Shown here: positions 14,201 to 23,950 of the stretch, piece by piece
Layout: the number at the start of each line of letters is the position of its first letter
Numbering within the stretch: position 1 is the stretch's first letter
NCBI RefSeq assembly: GCF_009834535.1
Contig: NC_045696.1
Coordinates: 114,206,001 to 114,270,000, forward strand
Reading direction: 5' to 3'
Source of the DNA: Camelus ferus
Lineage: Eukaryota
DNA: 64,000 nt
The notes under the pieces: generated by a model
What the model was told of the DNA's origin: nothing
Seen by the model: only the letters and a program-made list of their open reading frames with translations
The model's database searches: none
Program-made: the position numbers and the translations under genes

Positions 14201-15895
14201 AATATATCCACATGGCAGTCTATTTGGCATGTAGTCTCTGTGAAGCCTCTCAACTGGGAAAAATGATTTTTATTCTTGATCAATGAGCAGGGAATGAGTA
14301 GAGGAGGAAGAGTTGAATTAGTTACAGGAATCACCACCTCCACAGTATGAGATGTATTGCCCCTGGTCTGACAGATGTCTCCTTGGCAAGGACATCCTCT
14401 CCCTTGGACACTGCGGGATGGGTCCAGCCAATGTTTGCCTCTAGCATCTCTCTTTTCTGGGCTCTCAAGGATGGACAGTCTTCCATCTGATGGGTGCATT
14501 ACATTCCACTACAATCATGCATTATTCTCTAGAAGCAATCTATGTTATTTAATTCTAATAATAAAATCAATAATTTTAGTCAGTAATGTTTATTTAGGGC
14601 TTATGATGATGTGCTAGGCACTGTTCCAAGTGCTTTAAATACATTAACTCATTTAATCCTCTTTAAAATGCCTCTATCTCCATTTTTGTCCAACATGTGT
14701 TGGTTTGATAGCTTATCTATCAGAGGGAACAAACTCATTAATTTTATTTACACGTTCTTGGAGTGACCTTCAGTATAAGTGCAACATATGGAAATGCAAT
14801 TAAAATACAGCAGGAATTCCAAGTAGAAGAGATTCTTTTTGATCAGGTCAATATGAGACATTTCTCATGAAGGAGGAGAAGGTGCCTTAAAGCATGAGCA
14901 GCATTTTTATGGGCAGAGATAGGGTAAGGTTTCACGCTTTAAAGAATGAATATTGCTGCTTAAAACGTTGCTTCATTTACCTGAAAAGTTTACGTAATTT
15001 CTCAATAAAGCTTGATAAATAAGATGTGTTTTATAAAGAAGTTTGCTATTTGGGATAGAGATAGAGAGTGTGGATATTTCCCTGTATAATTTTTATTGTC
15101 TGGTTAAACTAAATGGAAATAAAACAAAATGATCATTGGCTCTGTGAGGCTTTTCTTTCTGTGTTCCTTACACACTTGAACAATTTATATCTTAGTGAAA
15201 ACAGGCTCAAGAGATGCTCTTAAGATCCAGGAGGGGAAATTAGAATGGATCGCCCTTGATTACAGCATCTGTTATTTCCAAGGGAAAAAAGCATCAGTGG
15301 TCACTTATAAATTGTGATCCTGACCTACATTGCAGAGCTAGCAAATTTCCCTGGGAGACTGATCAATAACACAGTGTGAAAAGAGGACCTTGCTAACAGC
15401 TTTTCCTTAGAAAAAGCTAAAGTTGACAGTTAAGTAAACAATTTGTTCAGTTTCATCTACTCTCCTGGAACTCCCATGAGGTGAAATTGCTCCCTATTTC
15501 ATAGTCATGAAAGAATTTCATTTAAAATAATAGTGTTGATGTTCACTGCATTTTAATAAAAAGCTATACATGTAAATATAAAAGGGACCTCTAGATTATT
15601 ATGGTAGCAGGCTAGCTGTATCTGACACCCCTTCTCCCAGCCGCCGGTGTGATACCCCGAAAAGATGCATGAGGAAGACCCAAATGGGCAACAGAGGAGG
15701 AAACTAAAAGGAAGACAGCCAGTCAAATTTTGCATGAAATGTCTACTAATTACCACCGATGGAGATAAATTAAGACTCCTATTCTTGGGCTACATATCAC
15801 CTGCCCACTGTGGCATCTGACCTATACAAAGAGGCCCAAGATGACAGGAAGAGATCTTCAGTCAACCCCTATTTAAAGGGGACCATTCTCTAAGT

Positions 15896-16240
15896 CAGGA
15901 GTTTTCAACCTTGGCACTTTTGACACTAGAGTTAGGGTTAGAGTAGCAGGCTGGTCTGACAGCCTTCTCCCAGCTTCCGGTATGGTACCCCAAAAAGATG
16001 CACAGAGAAGACCCAAAGTGGCAAAAGGGGAGGAAACTAAAAAAAAGACAGTCACATCTGGTCCTTAGACTGGATAACTCTCTGGTGTGGGTGGCTGCTC
16101 TGTGGACTGTGGGATGTTTAGCAGCCGCTTGGTAGATGCTGTAGCACTCCCTACCCTCACTCCTGGTTGTGACAACCAAATATGTCCCCAGACATTGCCA
16201 AGTTCCTTGAAGGGCAGAATAGCCCTGGGTTGAGAGCTAG
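15896..16240 (-). mobile_element. MER20 (hAT) interrupted by a ~140-bp insertion
   Basis: TCAACCTTGGCACTTTTGACA...GTTGTGACAACCAAATATGTCCCCAGACATTGCCAA...GGTTGAGA matches MER20; non-MER20 sequence at ~15927-16064. Confidence 0.85.
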
Positions 16241-17092
16241 GACCTACATGACTGGAGTAGCCAGAGCCTGAGCGTTCCCTCTGTCCCATCTTTTATTACC
16301 ATAATATTCACTTTTTTCACTTTTTATGACAAGGAGTCAATGGGGACAGATTGAAGTGTCCTGAAGTCTGGGGCATTTTGTTCCTAAAAAAAAAAAATGA
16401 AAAAAAACACATCTGAACCAAAATTCATCTATGCTGCTAGAAGTCGAAGTAATGGTAACCTTTGAAGGAGGGGATACTGACAGGGCGGGGACACCAAGGA
16501 GGCTTCTCCAGTGACAGAAATATTCTTGATCTAGAGGATGGGTATACCCTTATGTAAGTTCATCAAGCCCAACTGTGAAGCTGGGTGCAATTTACGTATT
16601 TAAGTGATACCTCAATTAAAAAAAAACATAAAAAAAAAAAAGAATGTCTCGGGAGAGAGAGAGAAACCCAATTCAGGAACCGTAAATAGAAAAGGACAAA
16701 GGACCATTTCTTTGCAGATGGAGGGGGAAACGTACTTCTGAACATGAAGAGAGCCTTGTACATGTCAGCATGTGGGCAGGTACTCATTTGGAAGAGCTCA
16801 GTTGGGAAGACGAATGGATTCTCACGCAGCTCAGGCCAGTGGCTCTCCATAGTCCTTACGAAGCAAAGGGAAAATTAGTATTAAAAGCTGGACCTGTTAT
16901 TCAACCTATTGCCATAATCTTGGAGAAATGTCAGCAAAATACAAGGCTGATGGATTGGTTTTAAAAATGCAATAGACGGTGCACCCAAGCTGTGCCCACA
17001 GAAACAGACCACACGTGCTCACTGGGAAGCGAGAAGGAGAAACTCCTGTCACTGTCAGCTGCTCATCTGCCTCAAGAACAAGCATTGTACCA

Positions 17093-18590
17093 TACTATAG
17101 AGCTACAGTCATCAAGACAGCATGGTATTGGTACCAAAACAGACATATAGACCAATGGAACAGAATAGAGAGCCCAGAAATGAACCCACAAACTTTTGGT
17201 CAACTCATCTTTGACAAAGGAGGCAAGAATATACATTGGAATAAAGACAGTCTCTACAGCAAATGGTGCTGGGAAAACTGGACAGCAGCATGTAAAACAA
17301 TGAAGCTAGAACACTCCCTTACACCATATACAAAAATCAACTCAAAATGGATTAAAGACTTAAACATAAGACAAGATACAATAAACCTCCTAGAGGAAAA
17401 CATAGGCAAAACATTATCTGACATACATTTAAAAAATTTTCTCCTAGAAGAAATAAAAGCAAGAATAAACAAATGGGACCTAATGAAACTTACAAGCTTC
17501 TGCACAGCAAAGGAAACCAGAAATAAAACAAGAAGAAAACCTACGGAATGGGAGAAAATTTTTGCAAGTGAAACCGACAAAGGCTTGATCTCCAGAATAT
17601 ATAAGCAGCTCATACGACTCAATAAGAAAAAAATAAACAACCCAATCCAAAAATGGGCAGAAGACCTAAACAAGCAATTCTCCAAGGAAGACATACAAAT
17701 GATCAAAAAGCACATGAAAAAATGCTCAATATCACTAATTATCAGAGAAATGCAAATCAAAACTACAATGAGGTATCACCTCACACCAGTCAGAATGGCC
17801 ATCATTCAAAAATCCACAAATGACAAATGCTGGAGAGGCTGTGGAGAAAGGGGAACCCTCCTACTCTGCTGGTGGGAATGCAGTTTGGTGCAGCCACTAT
17901 GGAAAACAGTGTGGAGATTCCTCAAAAGACTAGGAATAGACTTACCATATGACCCAGGAATCCCACTCCTGGGCTTGTATCCAGAAGGAAATCTACTTCA
18001 GGATGACACCTGCACCCCAATGTTCATAGCAGCACTATTTACAATAGCCAAAACATGGAAACAGCCTAAATGTCCATCAACAGGTGACTGGATAAAGAAG
18101 AAGTGGTACATTTATACAATGGAATACTACTCAGCCATAAAAACCGACAACATAATACCATTTGCAACAACATGGATGCTCCTGGAGAATGTCATTCTAA
18201 GTGAAGTAAGCCAGAAAGAGAAAGAAAAATACCATATGAGATTGCTCATATGTGGAATCTAAAAAACAAAAACAAAAACAAACAAACAAACAAAAACAAA
18301 GCATAAATAAAGGACAGAAATAGACTCACAGACAGAGAATACAGACTTGTGGTTACCAGGGGGGCGCAGGGTGGGAAGGGATAGACTGGGATTTCAAAAT
18401 TGTAGAATAGACTACACTGTATAGCACAGGGAAATATACACAAAATGTTATGATAACTCACAGAGAAAAAAAATGTGACAATGAGTGTGTATATGTCCAT
18501 GAATAACTGAAAAATTGTGCTGAACACTGGAATTTGACACAACATTGTAAAATGATTATAAATCAATAAAAAATGTTAAAAAAAAAAAAA
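17093..18590 (+). mobile_element. Young 5'-truncated L1: open ORF2 C-terminal ~390 aa, 3'UTR and polyA
   Basis: ORF 16979-18262 reads L1 ORF2 from [13 protein letters not shown] to the stop; AATAAA plus polyA; 19-bp TSD AAGAACAAGCA(T/C)TGTACCA at 17074-17092 and 18591-18609. Confidence 0.97.
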
Positions 18591-18654
18591 AAGAACAAGC
18601 ACTGTACCAACAGGATTCTGTGCGGCTTTTCTGCTGCTGTGCAGGTACTGTTTT

Positions 18655-19377
18655 TTTTTTTTTTTAAGTGAAGTATAGTTAATTTACAAAGTTGTGTTAG
18701 TTTCAGGTGTACAGCATAGTGATTCAGTTATACATATATGTATTCTTTTTCACATTCTTTTTCATTATAGGCTATTATAAGGTATTGAATAGAGTTCCCT
18801 CTGTTACACAGTAGGATCTTATTATTTATCTATTTTATATATAGTAGTTAGTATTTGCAAGTCCTAAACTTCCAGTTTATCCTCCACCACCTCCTGTCCC
18901 CACCGGTAACCATTAGTTTGTTTTCTATGTCTGTGAGTGTGTTTCTGGTTTGTGAATAGGTTTATTTGTGTTATATTTTTAGGTTTCACATGTAAGTGAT
19001 GTCATTTGGTATTTTTCTTTCTCTTTCTGACTTACTTCACTTAGCATGACAATCTCCAGGTCCATCCATAAAGCTGTAAATGTCATTATTGATTCCTTTT
19101 TATGGCTGAGTAGTATTCCATGTTATATCTATACCACATCTTCTTTACCTAGTCATCTGTTGATGGACACTTAGTTTGCTTCCATGTCTTGGCTATTGTA
19201 AACAGTGCTGCTGTGAACATTGGGGTGCATGTGTCTTTTCAAATTAGAGTTTCTCTGGATATATGCCCAGGGGTGGGATTGCAGGATCATATGGTAACTC
19301 AGTTTCAGTTTTTTAAGTAACCTCATACTGTTCTCCAGAGCACCAACTTACATTCCCACCAGCAGTGTAGGAAGGTT
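18655..19377 (-). mobile_element. 5'-truncated L1 (ORF2 end plus 3'UTR)
   Basis: PolyT followed by antisense L1 3' end; TSD core CAGGTACTGTTTT within 18638-18654 and 19378-19394. Confidence 0.93.
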
Positions 19378-19394
19378 CGCACAGGTACTGTTTT

Positions 19395-20591
19395 GAATGC
19401 AGAGTGTTCTCTGCTTCCCGCTCCTCTGGTGACACCAAGTCCTCTATATCTACTCTAGAGAGCAGCACCCTGGACAGTGCTGGAGCCAGCAATGGCCCAT
19501 CGTCTGGGGAACCAGAGCCCAAACAAGTAGAGCTTTGTGTCCAGAGTAGTAACGGTGAGCGGATATATGTGTTTGAGAAAGGCTTCACGGGTGCCTGGAG
19601 CAGTCAGAATTCCAGAGTGGTTGGTGTATAGTGGCAGATCTGGCATCTCAATATCTGTCACATATCAATGTGAGAATGGTGTGCACGCTACATTTCACGA
19701 CAATCCTCAAGCCCCCATGCCTAACCGGGTTTCCAACTCTAGTGCTCCCCTGTATGGAGACTGGAAACTTTAAAAAGTATCTTTTAATTACTATTTTTAT
19801 TTACTTTGGGGGTTAATTAGCTTATTAATTAATTAATTAATTAAATTAATTTTAATGGAGGTACTAGGGGTTGAATCCAGGACCTCTTGCATACTAAACA
19901 CAGGCTCTACCACTGAGTTACACCTCCCCCTTAAACTCCAACCTGTATAGAGCTGGGAGGCTGGTCCTGCTGTCTGGAGTGGCCAGTGCACCTGCCAGCT
20001 CACAAATCCCAGCAAGTCTATATTTTGAATGGGATCATTCTGTCCACAGTGGCCGGTGTGTCTGAAATGGTTGGTGTAGCAGGTGTAACTGATCTGTTAG
20101 TTCTTCAGGGCATCTGCAGTGATGGTCAGTTTGTTCAGGCCAATGGGGTCTGCACTGTTTGTGTCTCTCGGGCATCGCCTGGATGACTTCCAGCATGTTT
20201 AGGAGGCACTGTTGTCTGAGGATCTCTGTGGTGGGGTCCCAGGCTGTGCGTAGGGCTTTGCGGGCCTCTCGGGACAGGGGTCTCCATTACCTCAGGACTG
20301 TTCCCTGGGCTTGGGTTTTCAGTCTCTTATATAGTTTCTCCCCAAAAAGGGGACCCACCCCTGATCTGCCCCATCCTAGCTTTAGCCACTCCCCAGCAGG
20401 GAGCTATCCATCAGGAGGGAGACGGGCTGCTTGCACCTTGTCCCCACCCGAGCTGGGGGCTCAGGAGACCCGGGCAGCAGGATTCCTTTCCCTTGGCCCT
20501 CTCCCAGGGTCTCACTCTCTCCTAGCACTGCCAGGGATTAAGGGAATCTCCATCAGTGGCCTCAACATACTTTCCTCTTACCTCCTGGCTT
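19395..20591 (-). pseudogene. Endogenous bornavirus-like nucleoprotein (EBLN), decayed, near full length
   Basis: Colinear minus-strand motifs versus recalled BoDV-1 N: PGGKRK~MPPKRR (20588), IPLIPG~LPKLPG (20547-20530), TPVPRGPQ~TPVTRGEQ (20281-20258), LNMLEV~LTELEI (20202-20185), KLTITADALKN*...N...H~KIKAGAEQIKKR...N...H (20144-20058), PIQNIDLLGFVSW~PHEAIDWINGQPW (20033-19995), FQSP~FESP (19766-19755), APVKPFSN~APRSFPN, ISAHRYYS~ASAAFYWS, STVQGA~STIQPGA (19481-19464). Many frameshifts and stops. Confidence 0.85.
19772..19931 (-). mobile_element. Vic-1-like SINE inserted in the EBLN
   Basis: Antisense tRNA-Ala head at ~19855-19930 with (TTAA)n/T-rich tail; N-like frames resume on both sides. 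Confidence 0.88.
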
Positions 20592-20609
20592 TGTGTCGAA
20601 GGATGCATT

Positions 20610-20890
20610 ATTCATTGATTGGCTTATTTATTAGTTCATGCATGCATTCAGCAAGTGTTATTTATTATTTAACATCTACTGTGTTCCAGGCATCACTCCA
20701 TGGGTGAGGGCTATAGCAGTATATGAGACAGATGAGATCCTGATTCTTTTGGGGATTATTTCCTAGTGGAAAAAAGAGGCTAAGTCAATAAACAAACAAG
20801 TATATATTAGATAATGATAAATGCTATGATATAAATAGAAGCAGGACATGTAATATTGACTGACTGGGGGGTTACTGAGAAGGTGTAATT
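20610..20890 (-). mobile_element. L2 3' fragment
   Basis: TTCATTGATT...CATTCAGCAAG...ATCTACTGTGTTCCAGGCA, typical of antisense L2. Confidence 0.7.
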
Positions 20891-20944
20891 GTTTGCCTAT
20901 GCAAATTCTTGAAATATGCCAAGGTTACTAAGTGAAGTGGGGAC

Positions 20945-21420
20945 TTGATAGCCTATTGGCATCCACGTACCCCTTGTTCCTTCCTAAACAGACCACTTCC
21001 CAGGTGGTCATGAGTCTCAGGGAAAGCTGAGTGACCCAGCCCCATGCTTTGCCCTGGTTAATATCTCCCAGTCACAGTAGTACCACCCCCTTGCCAGTGA
21101 TTGGTCAAAGAAAGAATCTGGGCAGATGGCCATCAGCGCATGGGGTCCTCCTCTCCACAGGGTTTGGTTCAGAAGTGGGGCATACGATCAGATCTGAACC
21201 AGTGAGGTGTGCAGGAGAGTTTTCTGGACATGTCTGTGAAGTTTTCTACCCTTCATAGGAAGAGACGGTCTGTCTCTCGTTAGATGTGAACAAGGAAGCA
21301 AGAAGATGCGAGTGTTCCTGGGAGCTGGCCTGTGGCTGTGTAAGAAATGGACACTCTGGAGAGCTGGGTGTAGGGAAGGAAGCTATCCGGTTCTTGAGGA
21401 CGGGCGTGAACCCCAAGCCA
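20945..21420 (+). mobile_element. Old MaLR/ERVL LTR relic
   Basis: LTR-type motifs such as CCAGTGATTGGTC and GGTTTGGTTCAGAAGTGGGCAT; subfamily uncertain. Confidence 0.55.
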
Positions 21421-21489
21421 ACCCCCGTTGAATGTCTGCTCTTTAGTGTTTGTCATTCATTCCTGTGCAGCTGCAGCTTCTGTCCATAC

Positions 21490-21737
21490 ACAGAGCTGGA
21501 CAGGGGGCCCCCGGAGCAGTCCTCAGCCAGCGATGGACAGTACATGGTGGACAGGTACCTCGGCAGCCTCGTCCCTGCTGGAACGACCCCCAGCGCCCTA
21601 TGTTCTCCAGGCAGGGAGCTGAGCCGCTTCACACTGAGCGGGGGGCGATAACAGGAAGCCATCTGTGAGAAGCGTGTTCACAGCTGAGGCAAAGGTTGGC
21701 TAAGCCCCTAGTGTGGGATTTGCTTTGGCACATTTAG
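21490..21737 (+). pseudogene. Bornavirus-like phosphoprotein (P) C-terminal fragment
   Basis: LDR...VDRYLGSLVPAGTTPSA/PMF~LDR...VDLLYASTAVGTSAPML with one frameshift (21496-21606), and WDLL~WDII (21714-21725) just before a stop; the position upstream of M fits. Confidence 0.5.
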
Positions 21738-21757
21738 CAATCAAAATAAAGGACGGC

Positions 21758-21992
21758 GAACATGGTAGGCCCTGGTTAGGAGACGGTGGGGGTTCTAGCA
21801 TCAGAAAATCTGGCTAAGTCCTCCTCCTCATTTTGCTTGCAGTTTGGTCTTGAGCAAGTTAGTTAACCCTTTTGAGTCTTAGTTTCTTCATCTTTAAATG
21901 GGCTTAATAATAGCACCCCCACGACAGGGCTGTAATGAGAATCAAATGAACTTGGGAGTGTGAAATGCTTATTAACAGTCCCTGGCCCAGAG
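21758..21992 (+). mobile_element. MIR SINE between P-like and M-like fragments
   Basis: TTGAGCAAGTTAGTTAACC...TTAGTTTCTTCATCTTTAAATGGG...AGGGCTGTAATGAGAATCAAATGA is the MIR core. Confidence 0.85.
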
Positions 21993-22000
21993 GGGTTAGT

Positions 22001-22225
22001 TTCTTGTCTAGATTAGGTTTGCTTGCAAACATTCAATTTGCCATGGATTTTACTTCTTTTCGGGGTTATTGTCAGAATGAGCAGAATAAAATCACACCCA
22101 GCTGAACCTTAGGACCACGAGAGCAGACTATTATGTGTAAACCCTGTGGAACCATAACTAAGCATTCTTTACAGAGAGATTATCTGGATCCTTTAGAGCT
22201 CTGGAGGCCTCAGAGTTCATCTCCT
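22001..22225 (+). pseudogene. Bornavirus-like matrix (M) C-terminal half
   Basis: LANIQFAMD~LVNIYFQID (22022-22048); the same frame, with one stop, runs to LDPL...SSSP, resembling the M end (VGPL...SSGP), just before the G match. Confidence 0.55.
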
Positions 22226-22636
22226 TGCCAGGCAATCTGGAAGTAGACCTTAAAAGCTTGCACAATAGAAGATGTGTATCATCTGAGCAAGAACACATCT
22301 CCTCTCCTGTAGCAGCGTCTGCCACAAACTATCAAAAGATAATCTGTCCAAATCCGTAAAGATTGTGGCCCACAGTAAATACTTTGGCCAATTTGTTTGT
22401 CAAATAAAATGAAAACCCTACTACAGACATGTTATTAGGAGGAGCTGGAAGGGCCGAGACCATTTCACTGAAATACACATGATTAATTACCGGATGGGCC
22501 TTGACACATGTATTGTGAAGTGCTTTGAATGCTGCCTCTGGACTGTGCACTGTAACACATATTCCTGCTCCATTATGTCCAGAAAAGAGCCTGAAGTTGT
22601 CCTGATGTCCAGGGTCATCAAAAATACTCCTGCTTT

Positions 22637-23107
22637 CTATTTGCAACAGCCAAGACACGGAAGCAATCTAAATGTCCACCAACAGATGACTGGATAAAGA
22701 AGTCGTGGTATATACACAATAGAATACAACTCAGCCATAAAAAAGAATAAAATAATACCATTTGCAGCAACATGGTTGGACCTGGAGAAGAATGTCTTTC
22801 TAAGGGAAGTAAGCCAGAAAGAGAAAGAAAAATACTATACGATATCACTTGTATGTGGAATCTAAAGAAAAGGCACAAATGAACTTATTTACAAACCAGA
22901 AACAGACTCACAGACAGAGAAAACAAACTTATGGTTATGGGGTGGTGGTGGAGGGATAAAGTGGGAGTTTGGGATTTGCAGATACACACTACTATATATA
23001 AAAGAGATAAACAACAAGGCGTTACTATATAGCACAGGAAACTATATTCAGTATCTTGTAATAGCCTATACCAAAAAAGAATATGAAAAGGAATATATGT
23101 GTGTGTA

Positions 23108-23145
<38 letters not shown>

Positions 23146-23220
23146 ACTGAATCACTATGCTGTATACCAGAAATTAACACAACATTGTAAACCAACTATA
23201 TTTCAATTAAAAAAAAGAGA
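22637..23220 (+). mobile_element. L1 3' end inserted in the EBLG
   Basis: L1 ORF2 end, 3'UTR, (TA)n and A tail; degenerate TSD AAAAATACTCCTGCTTT (22620-22636) / AAAAATACCCTTGCCTT (23221-23237). Confidence 0.92.
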
Positions 23221-23669
23221 AAAAATACCCTTGCCTTTTTAGGCTGTGTTTAGCTTCCAAGGAAGCTGCAAAATTGCTTATGGTAATTGCACAGATGACT
23301 CTGTTCAATGCATCCAGAACTTACCCGCAAGAGAGCAATTCCACCCAGAATGCTTTTAGCAGAGTGCTATCAAGACATTGGATTTGATAATGTGTATTTA
23401 CTTACAACAACAAAGACCAAGAAAATGTGCTTCAACTCACCTGTCAGTAGTGATATTTCCGTTAGAGCTCCCTGTCAGAAGTCTAACAAAATAAGAGAAA
23501 TGACTAAGTAATATTTATCCAGGGCAAGGAATATTTTCCTGACCGCTGGTAAGCTCTTAACGCCATCAAATATCTCCATAGTTAGTCAAAGCTATTAAGT
23601 GACCATTTTTGTCTACCACCGTATACTAATTTTCTGTAATTATGTGCTATTAAAAATGAAACAAAGAGA

Positions 23670-23950
23670 TAAAGATTCAATTCCTAGCTCTGCCACTTAC
23701 TCATTCTCTGACCTTATTAATAATGATAGTGATAATGACAGTTAATATTTATGACAGCCTACCAGGTCCCAAGCTTGTGCTTAGCACTTAACTTATAACC
23801 ATCTCCTTTAATATTTGCAAAGAGCCTTTGGGAAGGAGGTGTATTAGCATTATAGCATTATATATAGCTGAGAAATAGAGACTTGAAAACGTGGAGACAC
23901 GCGTCCAGAGTCACACACTTAGTAGATGACTTTGGTTGCTTTTCCAGCTT
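23670..23950. mobile_element. MIR fragments in both orientations within the EBLG
   Basis: TTCAATTCCTAGCTCTGCCACTTAC (plus) followed by an antisense MIR-like segment ending AGAGTCACACACTTAGT. Confidence 0.65.

Noticed and set aside
16975..17010. Lipase-like GHSLGA motif on the minus strand
   Set aside because: Isolated, lies after a stop, and has no surrounding lipase similarity.
16979..17092. N-terminal extension of the 427-aa ORF as a chimeric gene
   Set aside because: It starts at GTG in flanking DNA that is in frame with the truncated L1 ORF2 by chance.
19540..20010. Circovirus Rep-like (CDRY, YPLTV) and AAV capsid-like (GxVS...WxLQ) motifs
   Set aside because: Not colinear or extendable; bornavirus N explains the region with many more ordered motifs.
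20322..20336. TATA box upstream of an ATG on the minus strand
   Set aside because: Lies inside the N-like coding relic, with no independent promoter evidence.
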